Shown piece by piece: positions 18,815 through 28,239 of a DNA stretch of 60,339 nt. The stretch's first letter is position 1. Every line of letters begins with the position of its first letter. Source of the stretch: Candidatus Moraniibacteriota bacterium (GTDB taxonomy: Bacteria; Patescibacteriota; Minisyncoccia; Moranbacterales; UBA1568). Position numbers and translations under genes: made by a program. The DNA lies in assembly GCA_038208355.1 (NCBI GenBank), contig JBBQYU010000001.1, forward strand, positions 1-60,339, given 5' to 3'. Under the pieces are notes generated by a model. The model was given only the letters and a program-made list of their open reading frames with translations, made no database searches and had not been told where the DNA came from.

Positions 18815-18867
18815 AAAAGAGAGTGCTTACAAGAAAGAAAAATTAACTAGGTAATATAGTAAACGCT

Positions 18868-19140
18868 ATGTCACAATGGAAAGACGAAGCCAAGCCAGCC
18901 GGACCGGTCACCCTGAAGAACGGTTGGACCGTCGAAGTCGACCACAGCATCTGTATCGGAGCTGCCCCCTGCACCGCTATTGCTGCCAGCACTTTTGCCC
19001 TTGATGATTCCGGCAAAGCCTCTATCCTGTCCAGTGTCGACAGCGATGACCAGGATACTATCCTCAACGCCGCTCAATCCTGCCCCGTAGGCGCCATCAT
19101 CATCAAAGATGAAACCGGAAAACAGATTTTCCCGGCGTAA
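18868..19140 (+). CDS. small single-cluster ferredoxin (three-Cys, 3Fe-4S-like pattern)
   Basis: DHSICIGAAPCTAIA...AAQSCPVGAIII. The C-x5-C...CP pattern has only three cluster Cys. Confidence 0.75.
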   Translation: MSQWKDEAKPAGPVTLKNGWTVEVDHSICIGAAPCTAIAASTFALDDSGKASILSSVDSDDQDTILNAAQSCPVGAIIIKDETGKQIFPA

Positions 19141-19163
19141 TCTGGAAAAACCAAAGCTTAAAT

Positions 19164-19240
19164 TTCAAATGCCAAATCAAGTCTAAATTATTAGATTCCG
19201 TAATTTTTTCATTTAGATTTTAAAGTTGATTTGGCATTTG
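19164..19240. repeat. inverted pair of the CAAATGCCAAATCA repeat family (MITE-like hairpin)
   Basis: Left arm TTCAAATGCCAAATCAAGTCTAAAT. The right arm's reverse complement is CAAATGCCAAATCAACTTTAAAATCTAAAT. Confidence 0.65.
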
Positions 19241-19277
19241 TCATTTAGATTTTTATATTACCTTCACTCACAAAACT

Positions 19278-19595
19278 ATGCCGGCCAAGAAAAAAAATCT
19301 CGAACAGGAAGTGCGGGACAAACTGAAACTCGTTTTGGATCCTGAGCTTGGTGTTTCTATTTTGGACCTGGGGCTCATCTACGAAATTATCGTCACACCG
19401 GAAGGAATGTGCAAAATCATCATGACGCTCACCACTATCGGCTGCCCTCTCTTTGCCCAGATTCAACAAGAAATCGAAGACAAGGTGATGGAAATAGAAG
19501 AGATTAATGATGTCGTCACCGAACTCACCTTTGACCCTCCCTGGACTGCTGAAAAGATGAGCACCGAAGCGCGCATCACACTCGGCCTCGATTAA
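19278..19595 (+). CDS. DUF59/MIP18-family Fe-S assembly protein (SufT-like)
   Basis: VLDPELGVSILDLGLIYEI...MTLTTIGCPL. Confidence 0.8.
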   Translation: MPAKKKNLEQEVRDKLKLVLDPELGVSILDLGLIYEIIVTPEGMCKIIMTLTTIGCPLFAQIQQEIEDKVMEIEEINDVVTELTFDPPWTAEKMSTEARITLGLD

Positions 19596-19624
19596 AAACC
19601 CCGCTCACAGGCGGGGATTTTTTA
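19594..19624. terminator. bidirectional rho-independent terminator
   Basis: AAAAACCCCGC-TCACAG-GCGGGGATTTTTT, between convergent genes. Confidence 0.8.
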
Positions 19625-20482
19625 TTATCGGTAAGTCTCTAGCAAGTTTTTCAGCTTGGCTGGCTGCGTTTTTTCCTGATACAGCGGCGTCGTGTGCTCC
19701 CGCAGTATTTCCTCATAGGTCGGTTTGTCCGTGGCTTGATAGAAGACCCCCAATGCCAAACGATCCGTATCAAATAGAACCTCCAATGCCTTCATCTTAT
19801 CCGTCTTGGGGTGCGCTTCATCGAGATAATAGGTGTTTTGCTTGAACCACTGATAGGTGTTTTGCTTATTAAAAACAACACAGGGCTGAAAGACGTCTAC
19901 CAAGGCATACCCTTTGTGCTGGATGGCCGCTTTGATAATCTCTTTGGTCTGCATGATATCTCCCGCAAAAGCCCGGGCCACAAAGGTTGCTCCTAGGGTC
20001 AGAGCCGTCGCCAAAGGATTAAACGGCTCCAGTACCACGCCATTCACCTGCACAGGAGTCTTCATCCCCTTTTCCGAAGTGGGTGAGGCCTGCCCCTTAG
20101 TCAATCCGTAAATCAAGTTATCATGCACGATATTGGTAATGTTCGGATTGCGTCGAATCGTGTGCATGAAGTGGTTCCCTCCTTCCCCATAGGTATCACC
20201 ATCACCTGATTCTGCAATCACTGTCAGCTGAGGTGAAACCATCTTAATAGCAATAGCGGGTGGCAAGGCTCGTCCATGCAAACCGTTGAAATAATTGACA
20301 CGCAGATAGTGCGGGGTCTTGGCCGCTTGCCCAATACCCGAACACAACACCGCCTGCTCCGGCAATATATCAAGCTCCGCCAAAGCCATTTTGACAATAT
20401 TCAAGATAGGGAAATTCCCACACCCTGGGCACCAGGCCATGTCTGTATCCTTTGGCATGTCGTACAATTTTTTGTCAATCAT
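19625..20482 (-). CDS. korB: 2-oxoacid:ferredoxin oxidoreductase beta (TPP-binding) subunit
   Basis: [24 protein letters not shown] motif. Substrate not determinable from sequence. Confidence 0.85.
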   Translation of the reverse strand: MIDKKLYDMPKDTDMAWCPGCGNFPILNIVKMALAELDILPEQAVLCSGIGQAAKTPHYLRVNYFNGLHGRALPPAIAIKMVSPQLTVIAESGDGDTYGEGGNHFMHTIRRNPNITNIVHDNLIYGLTKGQASPTSEKGMKTPVQVNGVVLEPFNPLATALTLGATFVARAFAGDIMQTKEIIKAAIQHKGYALVDVFQPCVVFNKQNTYQWFKQNTYYLDEAHPKTDKMKALEVLFDTDRLALGVFYQATDKPTYEEILREHTTPLYQEKTQPAKLKNLLETYR

Positions 20483-22182
20483 ACAATAGCTTTTAATCTG
20501 TGGGTAACCTCTTCCACGGAAAATGGATCCCCATCGTATTTAAGCAGCGTATCAGCAATCTTCACTCCATATTCCTGTGCCAACAGATGCGCGAATTGCC
20601 CCGTGGCATTATTCTCTAACACTATGATTTTTTTCTTAGCCAAGAGTTTTTTGGTCTGACTCGGCAACGGGTAAACTTGGTGAAAATGAAGAGCCGCTAT
20701 TTCTTCACGATTCATCATTTCCAAAGCCTCTTCTACCACACCGCGGTTGGATCCCCATGACACCACCACCGTCTCAGCGTGTTTGACGTCTCCGATTTCG
20801 GTCGGTAACAGCGCCTCTGCTCGTACGCCTTCCATTTTTCGCAAACGCTTCTCATGCATAGCCACCCGGACCGTGGCACTCTCGGTAATATGAGCGGCTT
20901 CATCGTGTTCATCACTATCTACACCTACGATACCCGCGCCATAGCCGGGCACGCCGCGCGGTGATACTCCATCCTCAGTCAGCGCGTACCGCTTGTAATC
21001 TGCTTCCGTCTTCACGACAAACGACTGCTGTTCTAATACTTTCAAACGATCTTTCGGGAGACTGCGCACCGCATCCAAAAAATACTGATCAGTCAGAAGA
21101 AAAACCGGAATCTGATATTTGTCGGCAATCAAAAACGCCTGCTGCGCTACCAAAAAGGCATCTTCCGGATTACTGGGGGCAAAAACGGCTCGGGGGAATT
21201 CTCCGTGACCAGCATAGAGAACAAGATTGAGGTCAGCCTGTTCGGTCCGGGTCGGTAATCCCGTAGCCGGCCCCGGTCGTTGGCCGATATGAATGACAAT
21301 AGGGGTCTCAATCATTCCTGAGAGGCTCACTCCTTCACCCATGAGGTCAAACCCTCCACCCGAAGTCGTCACGATGGCCCGAGCGCCAGCATACCAAGCT
21401 CCTATACTCTGATTGACAGCGGCTATCTCGTCCTCGGCCTGATCCACCACGATGCCAAAATCCTTACTATGCTGAGCCAAAAAAGTAAGCAGCCCCGTCC
21501 CGGGTGACATAGGGTAAGAAGAAATATAGTTACAGCCCGCGGCCAACACTCCTAATCCCAGCGCCTCATCCCCGGAGAGCAACAGTTCGTCCGCTACAAA
21601 TTCATTCTTGGCGATACTCACCTCTATGCCTTCATCATAGGCCAAGTGCGTCCCGAAATCATACCCCTTCTGAGCAGCCTCGATGTTTTTCTTGACGATG
21701 TCCTCACCTTTACGCGCGAAATGCTCCCGCAGATAAGTATAGAATACCTCCACATCGGCCTTCAAAAGACCCAAAGTTACACCCACAGCTACCGTACTGG
21801 TAAAAATCGGATTTCCCAGTTCATTGGCGAAACGGGTAAACGGAATATTCACCACGGGGCAGGCTGTCTGGGGACATACCTTCTCACGCTCACCAAGGAT
21901 AATAGTTTTAGCCGTGATGCGATGTTCTAAGTGCGGTATGACGTCCTTATCCATGGCCAGCAACACGTCCATCCGTTTCACAAAAGAAGCTCGCTTCTTG
22001 TTAGTGATGCGAATTTCGGTCGAATTGCTGCCCCCGCGAATACGAGACATGTATTCCTTGCTGGCAAATACGTTGTAACCTTCACGTTTTAACACGGCCA
22101 CCAAAAGAGCCTCCACCGTCTGCACGCCCTGACCGGCCGCCCCGCCCAAGACAATAGAAATATCACCTGAAAATCGTTTCAT
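20479..22182 (-). CDS. korA: 2-oxoacid:ferredoxin oxidoreductase, fused gamma-alpha subunit
   Basis: N-terminal gamma-like [20 protein letters not shown], followed by alpha domains. 4-nt overlap with korB. Confidence 0.8.
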   Translation of the reverse strand: MKRFSGDISIVLGGAAGQGVQTVEALLVAVLKREGYNVFASKEYMSRIRGGSNSTEIRITNKKRASFVKRMDVLLAMDKDVIPHLEHRITAKTIILGEREKVCPQTACPVVNIPFTRFANELGNPIFTSTVAVGVTLGLLKADVEVFYTYLREHFARKGEDIVKKNIEAAQKGYDFGTHLAYDEGIEVSIAKNEFVADELLLSGDEALGLGVLAAGCNYISSYPMSPGTGLLTFLAQHSKDFGIVVDQAEDEIAAVNQSIGAWYAGARAIVTTSGGGFDLMGEGVSLSGMIETPIVIHIGQRPGPATGLPTRTEQADLNLVLYAGHGEFPRAVFAPSNPEDAFLVAQQAFLIADKYQIPVFLLTDQYFLDAVRSLPKDRLKVLEQQSFVVKTEADYKRYALTEDGVSPRGVPGYGAGIVGVDSDEHDEAAHITESATVRVAMHEKRLRKMEGVRAEALLPTEIGDVKHAETVVVSWGSNRGVVEEALEMMNREEIAALHFHQVYPLPSQTKKLLAKKKIIVLENNATGQFAHLLAQEYGVKIADTLLKYDGDPFSVEEVTHRLKAIV

Positions 22183-22265
22183 CGTGCTGTTTTGTATTTA
22201 TTTACCTACACACTTTTCTCCAGTATATCACAAAAAAAATACCAAAATATAAATGAAAAAATTTT

Positions 22266-22297
22266 TGATATTTGTCATTTGAGCTTTGACATTTACC
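22266..22297. repeat. copy of the TTTGNCATTTGAGCTTTGNCATTT repeat
   Basis: TGATATTTGTCATTTGAGCTTTGACATTTACC compared with TGATTTGGCATTTGGTATTTGAGCTTTGGCATTTCC at 28240-28275. Confidence 0.6.
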
Positions 22298-22299
22298 AT

Positions 22300-22500
22300 C
22301 TATTCTTTTTCCAATTCCTTCTTTACCACTTCGAACTCATTCTCGATTTCCTTGAGACGTGTCCGACTCTCTTTGATCAGCACCGTCCCTTCCTTAATCT
22401 TCTCCAGACCCTTTTCCACATCCACCTCTTCCTGGTCATCAAACCAAGAAATAATGCTCTGCACCTTCTTGAGCGAATCGCTTAAATTCATTTTTGCCAT
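22300..22500 (-). CDS. xseB: exodeoxyribonuclease VII small subunit
   Basis: 66-aa helical protein, SLKKVQSIISWFDDQEEVDVEKGLEKIKEG, directly downstream of xseA. Confidence 0.85.
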   Translation of the reverse strand: MAKMNLSDSLKKVQSIISWFDDQEEVDVEKGLEKIKEGTVLIKESRTRLKEIENEFEVVKKELEKE

Positions 22501-22509
22501 AAAGATATA

Positions 22510-24135
22510 TTATTCTTCTATTAGGGTTTCCACTCGTGTACCGATTTTTCCGCGACTCAATTGTATGTCCAGTATATCACCGATTGCAAGTCCCTTCACA
22601 TCTTTCACAATTCCCTGCCCGCTGCGTACCAGACTATATCCCAGTTTCAGTACCCGCTTCGGATCATACTGTCGCAACAAGTTTTCGCTGTGGGCTATTT
22701 CCTTTTTGACCGCCTCCATCTGCATCAAAAACCTCTGAGGAAGAGACTTCTCGGCCGCAGCCAAATGAGAACTATGCTGCTGGATACTCCCCTGGAGGAC
22801 AAAAAGACGCTCCACGATACCCTGTTTAAGGACATCAGCCATCTGAAGAAAGCTCTTCAGTTGACCAAGCAATGTCTCGCTCTGATCGGACAGGTTTTCC
22901 CGTATCCCTGAAAGTTGCCGCTCAAAAAGCACCGGCAACTGCTGCTCAAAGTGACGCACTTGTTGGCGCGCCTCATCCCACGGCGCCCGAATAGTCCGCG
23001 CGGTGGCTGTCGGCGTCGATACCATTTCGTCAGCCACCAAGGCCGCCAAAGTGACGTCTTTTTCGTGACCGATACCCAACAAGGTGGGGATTTTAGCCTG
23101 GGCAATTTCACGAACCAGTGTTTCGTTGTTAAAGGCCTGCAAGCTCTCCAGGCTGCCTCCACCACGCACCACCACCAAGAGGTCGTAGTCTTCGGCATGG
23201 GCATCAAAATAGCGCAAAGCCGCAATAATTTCAAAAACCGCTTTCTTCCCCTCAACAGCCGTCGGATAAAAATCCACCCGCAGTCCCTGAGCACCCAGAT
23301 TCATAGTAAAGTCCCCAATAGCCGCCCCCTGCTCCGAAGTAATAAGGGCGATACGTTCCGGAAACGCCGGGAGCAGACGCTTGCGCTCCGGGGCAAACAA
23401 CCCCTCTTGCTCGAGCTTCAACTTCAAAGCCTCATAGGCCTTCTGAAGCGCGCCCGCGCCGGCCAATTCTATCACCCCCACCTTAAGCGACAGCCGCCCT
23501 GATGGCTTGTAGATATCTGGTACCCCCTCCACGATAATCTCGTCCCCAATCGCAATACGCACCCCAGAAACATCATACTGATAACGAAAAATAAGACAGT
23601 TCAAAGTACTCTCGTCCTTGCTATCCTTGATGGTAAAGTACACCACCCGCTCGCGTTCATCGACACTCGATACTTCTCCTTGTACCCGCGCCGCCATACC
23701 TGACAGTTCCACATTCAAACCATCAAGAAATTGACTGACGGAAATCGTCTGATCTTCTGCTTCCGTCTCTTTGATTTCTCTATCTAGCCCCTTGTCACCT
23801 ATCGGACATACTGTATCCTCTCCCCTTGCGACATCTGTGCCTCTTACCCTTTTCTTCTTACTTACTCCCACCACCTCCAAAGACTCACTCGATATTTCTC
23901 CATCACCCACCGAATACGCGGCTATAATTTTTAGTAACACGCCACCGTACTTTCGATACTTAGCCTCTTTGATACCCTTAATAGCCATGATTTCTTCCTT
24001 ATTCTCCGGCAACGCTCCCACCAAAGCCTCCAAAACGGCATTGGGAAACACGCGGTAACTTTCCACCCCTTCTATCCGTGCCTGATTGTTGCGCCACTCC
24101 CGCAGCTCATTTAATAGCGACATACATTTTCTCAT
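22510..24135 (-). CDS. xseA: exodeoxyribonuclease VII large subunit with N-terminal HRDC domain
   Basis: aa 5-75: LLNELREWRNNQARIEGVESYRVFPNAVLEALVGALPENKEEIMAIKGIKEAKYRKYGGVLLKII (HRDC pattern). Then OB fold ISVSQFLDGLN...VQGEVS and the catalytic core VVVRGGGSLE. Confidence 0.85.
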   Translation of the reverse strand: MRKCMSLLNELREWRNNQARIEGVESYRVFPNAVLEALVGALPENKEEIMAIKGIKEAKYRKYGGVLLKIIAAYSVGDGEISSESLEVVGVSKKKRVRGTDVARGEDTVCPIGDKGLDREIKETEAEDQTISVSQFLDGLNVELSGMAARVQGEVSSVDERERVVYFTIKDSKDESTLNCLIFRYQYDVSGVRIAIGDEIIVEGVPDIYKPSGRLSLKVGVIELAGAGALQKAYEALKLKLEQEGLFAPERKRLLPAFPERIALITSEQGAAIGDFTMNLGAQGLRVDFYPTAVEGKKAVFEIIAALRYFDAHAEDYDLLVVVRGGGSLESLQAFNNETLVREIAQAKIPTLLGIGHEKDVTLAALVADEMVSTPTATARTIRAPWDEARQQVRHFEQQLPVLFERQLSGIRENLSDQSETLLGQLKSFLQMADVLKQGIVERLFVLQGSIQQHSSHLAAAEKSLPQRFLMQMEAVKKEIAHSENLLRQYDPKRVLKLGYSLVRSGQGIVKDVKGLAIGDILDIQLSRGKIGTRVETLIEE

Positions 24136-24166
24136 TTCTCATTTCTAATATCTCTTCCCTCTCCAC

Positions 24167-24198
24167 TCCTTATTAGAGACGACCGCATCATATAAGGA
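24167..24198 (+). repeat. 32-bp palindromic repeat, copy 1
   Basis: TCCTTATTAGAGACGACCGCATCATATAAGGA. 7-bp arms TCCTTAT/ATAAGGA. Confidence 0.8.
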
Positions 24199-24211
24199 CA
24201 TGCTCACAATC

Positions 24212-24796
24212 TTACTCATTCGATAGGTGGAATTTTTTCCTGAGCCAAGCATCGTTTTCTATCTTTTCCGAAACCATATACAAAACATCTTTTCCTATCC
24301 GGCAAGAAACCTTGAGGAGGGCGATGAGTTCCTCGCAATCATACGGATATACCCACACGCTATCCTGTAATCGCTCAAAGCCAAAGCCCACAATATCGTG
24401 TCGTATCTTATTCCGGACACTCCGACGCGATTCTTTAATGTCAAAAATTACGACACGCCACTTCTTGTCCCATTTTCTTTTCTTTGGCTTTTCTTGTTCC
24501 TTCGCCTTTAAAAGGTTCAACTCACCCTTTTCTGTGACTCGAAGAAAAACCATTCCATTTTTTCTTGTACTCTCTATCAGCCCTTTTTTCTGAAGTCGTT
24601 TCAATATTCCAAAGACGTAAGCTGAAGAACTATGTCTTGAATTCTTTTTCTGGAATACCTTAAGCAATTGGAGGGCGTTAGGTGCCGCCAAAGCCAGTGT
24701 CACTAAACCAACCATCGCTATGGAACCGAGGATGACACGCTCCAACTCTCCTTTTTTAAATCTCATTTCCTCGCCGTTCTTTTCCATATGTATCAA
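24212..24796 (-). CDS. membrane-anchored wHTH plus Cas2/PaaX-C-like domain protein
   Basis: TM (VILGSIAMVGLVTLALAAP), wHTH (FGILKRLQKKGLIESTRKNGMVFLRVTEKG), then WDKKWRVVIFDIKESRRSVRNKIRHDIVGFGFERLQDSVWVYPYDCEE (ferredoxin-fold Cas2-like pattern). Confidence 0.6.
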   Translation of the reverse strand: MIHMEKNGEEMRFKKGELERVILGSIAMVGLVTLALAAPNALQLLKVFQKKNSRHSSSAYVFGILKRLQKKGLIESTRKNGMVFLRVTEKGELNLLKAKEQEKPKKRKWDKKWRVVIFDIKESRRSVRNKIRHDIVGFGFERLQDSVWVYPYDCEELIALLKVSCRIGKDVLYMVSEKIENDAWLRKKFHLSNE

Positions 24797-24832
24797 CCTT
24801 CTTTTTATATTCCCCTGCCCTTTCTAGTATAC

Positions 24833-24864
24833 ACCTTATTATAGACGACCGCATCATATAAGGA
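24833..24864 (+). repeat. 32-bp palindromic repeat, copy 2
   Basis: ACCTTATTATAGACGACCGCATCATATAAGGA. 30/32 identical to copy 1, same orientation. Confidence 0.8.
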
Positions 24865-24875
24865 GATTGCTGTTT

Positions 24876-24909
24876 AACCTTATTTGGGACGACCGCATAG
24901 GATAAGGTT
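24876..24909 (+). repeat. palindromic repeat, copy 3 (diverged)
   Basis: AACCTTATTTGGGACGACCGCATAGGATAAGGTT. 8-bp arms and the shared core GACGACCGCAT. Confidence 0.75.
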
Positions 24910-25051
24910 GGGAGCAGAGAAAGTGAAGGAGAGAGCGGCGGGGTGGGGTGAGGCGGTAAGGGTGGGGCTCAACAGTTACTTAGAGGCGAAACCCCTAAGG
25001 AGGTTGGTGCAAAGCAATTTCACAGGGTACATAGATTGGCTAACACATACA

Positions 25052-27835
25052 TTACCTCCCCTGATTATACAAGGCAGCAATTTCACTAGCACCTAATGCG
25101 CGGTTGTAAATACGCACTTCGTCGATCTTGCCATCAAAGCTACGGGTATTATCTGCTACTTTTCCTCCAATTCCCATGCTTGTACCCGCGTTACTCAGGG
25201 GGAAATTAGTTATTGTCGATGGTGTCCCCACTAGGGCACCATTTACGTACAAAGAGCAGAGTTTATTTGAGTCTACAGTAGCCACGACATATTGCCACTG
25301 ATTCAATGTGATAACATTACTGGTATAACATCCATCACCCGTATTGCCAACGTTTGCTCCAAATAGTAATCCATTGGTTGCAGTGGAATTATCTACAGCA
25401 AACCAATATCCCAGAGAACCCCCCCATTTATCCATAATCCTCCCCTTTGAACCACCACCATAGCTTTTTGGATAGATCCAGGCACTTACTGTAATGGTAT
25501 TTGTAATATTGAGAGACGATGGAGTCCCTGCGTTTACTTTGTCATCCACATTATCAAAAGAAAGCGCCTGGCCGAGCTTGCCGGGGACTTTGGTGGGGCC
25601 GTTTGTCAGGGTGCCGTTATTACCAGAACCGGAGCGGTCATAGGCCGTGGTGCCGGAAATGTCTTGGCCATTGAAGCTCCAGTAGCCTTTCAGACTGGTA
25701 TCCACTCCCGTGGGCGTGGTCAGGCGGTAAAGCTGAGAGACTTCGTCGGCAGACAGGGCCCGGTTGTAGATGCGCACTTCGTCAATGGAACCAGTGAAAG
25801 AATCCACTCTTGAATCTCTGCCAATTTCCACAGGCGCATTTTGAAAAACTTCATTGTCGGTCCCCGGCGTGCCATTAGCAACTCCATCTATATATAATTG
25901 TAATTGTCCTGCGCCATTTCCAGTCTTCACAAATACTATATGATGCCACTGATTATCAGCAACAGACTTAGTCGATGATGTTAAATTCACCCAAGATTTT
26001 TTATAATAAACACAACCATCACTACTCGTCATAAAAATAAACCTTCCAGCACCGCAACAAGTGTATTGGGAAAAAAATACATTGTAGGTAGACAATGACG
26101 ACGTTTTTATCCACTGACTTACCGTGTGTGGCTGACTCACATCTGTAGTGGATAATATAACGCCGGCTGTTGATATATAATCATCCGTCCCATCGAAATT
26201 TACTCCTCCGCCGATTTGTCCTGTGCCCCAGGTCGGACCGTTGGTGAGGGTGCCGGTGTTGGCGTTAGTGCTGCTATCGGTGGCGCTGGTACCGCTGCCG
26301 TCGTCAAGTTTCCAGTAGCCAGCCAGGCCACTATCCAATCGCCCAGTGCCCTGGGGTTGGGAAACGGCTGAGTTTACTTTGTCGCTCGCCCCCAAATCGT
26401 ACAAACTTTGTATTTCCCCCGCTGAAAGGGCGCGGTTGTAAACACGCACTTCGTCGATGGAGCCATTGATGTTACGATCTGCTACTGTACCACCGGCGCT
26501 TACGTAAAATGGTATTGCATTCGAAGTGGACCCAGAAACAGCGGCCGAAGAAATAAAAATACCATCAACATACAGATACATAGTGCTTCCAGAGCGTAAA
26601 CCACTATAGTAATGCCACTGATTATCGGCAGTGGTAGAAACACTCTGTGTTGTAGCATAGGCTGTCGCACCATTTCCAATAGCAAATCGCATGAGATTGG
26701 TACTGGCATAGTAAAAAGCATACCCGGCAGCAGTACCAGTGTTAGAGTTTTGCTTCGAAATTGGGGCGTTTACACCGCTCCCCTGATTAGCATAACCCTG
26801 ACCCTTCATCCAGAACCCGACAGAGAAATCCCCAGACCCGAAGTCAAGCGCTCCCGAAGAGGGGTCACCCATGGTGACATAGGCATTGGTATCGGAGCCA
26901 TTGGGCCAAAAATTGAGGGCCTGGCCGAGCTTACCACTAGTTGGCAAAGGGCCATTAGTGAGGGTGCCGTTGTTGCCACTTCCCGAGCGGTCATAGGCCG
27001 TCGTGCCGGAGATGTCAGCACCATTGAACGACCACAAACCGACGAGACCGTTGGTGATGCTGTTGTTTTGCGAAGTGTTGAGTCGCGCGGAGCCGGAGTT
27101 ATAAAGGTAGGCAATCTCAGTGGCTGAAAGCACACGATTGTAGACGCGGGCGTCGTCAATTACCCCTGCAAAATAACCAAAACCGTCATATCCAATCAAG
27201 GTGTATGAGGTTGCGGTATCAATCGCTCCTATTATACCGCCGCCCAACGAGACCCCATTAGTATACAAGGTTACTGCTCTTGTTGATGAGACATAGCTCG
27301 CGCAGATATGAAACCACTTGTTGGTCGTGATTCCCCCCGCTACTTCAATAAACGATGAGTCATTAATATAAGTAAGATTCCCTGGAGTAATTCTATTTAT
27401 CGTAAGTGCCCATCCTGTAGAACTTGGCCGGCTTGTAACCACCCCTTCTCTCGCAGTAGAGGAAGTGTTCACCCAGGCGCAGATAGTGCGATTCGTGTTT
27501 GCAGGAGATGCCTCTGTCAGCGTCTGCACTTTTTGGTTTGTCCCATTGAATGATAGTGCCTGCCCAAGTTTTCCTGTCACCCAGGTGGGGCCGCTCACAA
27601 GCGTGCCGGTATTGCCGTTGCCCGAGTGGTCGGAAGCAACGGTGCCGGAGCCCTCGTCCATGGGCCAATAGCCGACGAGGCCGAGGTTGTTGGGAGACTT
27701 TTGGGTGGTGCTGGCGCGCACCTGGAAATACCAGTAGGCACCAGCAAACACCCCTACAATGAGAATAATGCCGAGCCACTGGAGAACGCGATGTGAAGTG
27801 AGAGACATAGCAATGTGATTAATGTCAAAATCCAA
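25052..27835 (-). CDS. 927-aa secreted/anchored protein with four LamG (concanavalin A-like lectin) modules
   Basis: N-terminal TM anchor. Four repeats of the pattern GL.GYW.F(D)..SGT.A.D.SG.GN.GTL.NGPT...GK.GQAL.F, each ending in IDEVRIYNRALS..EI..LY. Confidence 0.8.
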   Translation of the reverse strand: MDFDINHIAMSLTSHRVLQWLGIILIVGVFAGAYWYFQVRASTTQKSPNNLGLVGYWPMDEGSGTVASDHSGNGNTGTLVSGPTWVTGKLGQALSFNGTNQKVQTLTEASPANTNRTICAWVNTSSTAREGVVTSRPSSTGWALTINRITPGNLTYINDSSFIEVAGGITTNKWFHICASYVSSTRAVTLYTNGVSLGGGIIGAIDTATSYTLIGYDGFGYFAGVIDDARVYNRVLSATEIAYLYNSGSARLNTSQNNSITNGLVGLWSFNGADISGTTAYDRSGSGNNGTLTNGPLPTSGKLGQALNFWPNGSDTNAYVTMGDPSSGALDFGSGDFSVGFWMKGQGYANQGSGVNAPISKQNSNTGTAAGYAFYYASTNLMRFAIGNGATAYATTQSVSTTADNQWHYYSGLRSGSTMYLYVDGIFISSAAVSGSTSNAIPFYVSAGGTVADRNINGSIDEVRVYNRALSAGEIQSLYDLGASDKVNSAVSQPQGTGRLDSGLAGYWKLDDGSGTSATDSSTNANTGTLTNGPTWGTGQIGGGVNFDGTDDYISTAGVILSTTDVSQPHTVSQWIKTSSLSTYNVFFSQYTCCGAGRFIFMTSSDGCVYYKKSWVNLTSSTKSVADNQWHHIVFVKTGNGAGQLQLYIDGVANGTPGTDNEVFQNAPVEIGRDSRVDSFTGSIDEVRIYNRALSADEVSQLYRLTTPTGVDTSLKGYWSFNGQDISGTTAYDRSGSGNNGTLTNGPTKVPGKLGQALSFDNVDDKVNAGTPSSLNITNTITVSAWIYPKSYGGGSKGRIMDKWGGSLGYWFAVDNSTATNGLLFGANVGNTGDGCYTSNVITLNQWQYVVATVDSNKLCSLYVNGALVGTPSTITNFPLSNAGTSMGIGGKVADNTRSFDGKIDEVRIYNRALGASEIAALYNQGR

Positions 27836-27873
27836 ATTTCAAATGTCAAATCAAGTCCTAAATCCAAAAATCA
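27821..27873. repeat. CAAATGTCAAAT repeat copy downstream of the four-helix-bundle gene
   Basis: AAATTTCAAATGTCAAATCAAGTCCTAAAT compared with AAATTTCAAATGCCAAATCAAGTCTAAAT at 19160-19188. One substitution and one 1-nt indel over about 29 nt. Confidence 0.7.
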
Positions 27874-28239
27874 CTTCTGTGCTTTGGAATTAATCAGGAT
27901 TTTCGAAAATATCAATGTCAGTTCCTGTGCCTCTTTCCATAAAACTCTCAGTTCATCCTTCTTCTCAATATGAAGCAACGAAAGCATTCTTAACCAATAT
28001 TTTGTCTCTTTCGCCTCTTTTTTACAAATACTTATCTTATGCTGAAAATCTTTTTTGGATTCCGCTCCATCAGCTTCATAATAGTTTGCGCCTATGCTCG
28101 TGCCAGAACGAATCAATTGCAGTAAAACAGGTTTATTGAGAGTTGTTTCTTTAAGAGTTTTCAAAAATTTTATCAACTCTTCGCCAAAAAGAGCCGTCCG
28201 TTCTTCTAAGTCATACTTTGAGCTTTTCTCATTTGGCAT
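27871..28239 (-). CDS. four-helix-bundle protein (23S rRNA intervening-sequence protein family)
   Basis: YDLEERTALFGEELIKFLK...LIRSGTSIGANYYEADGAESKKDFQHKISICKKEAKETKYWLRML is the TIGR02436-type signature as I recall it. Start at ATG 28239. Confidence 0.75.
   Translation of the reverse strand: MPNEKSSKYDLEERTALFGEELIKFLKTLKETTLNKPVLLQLIRSGTSIGANYYEADGAESKKDFQHKISICKKEAKETKYWLRMLSLLHIEKKDELRVLWKEAQELTLIFSKILINSKAQK

Noticed and set aside
24167-24909. CRISPR array interpretation of the three 32-bp repeats
   Set aside because: Only three copies, with spacings of 634 nt and 12 nt. The repeats are palindromic and bracket a gene. No cas genes are present.
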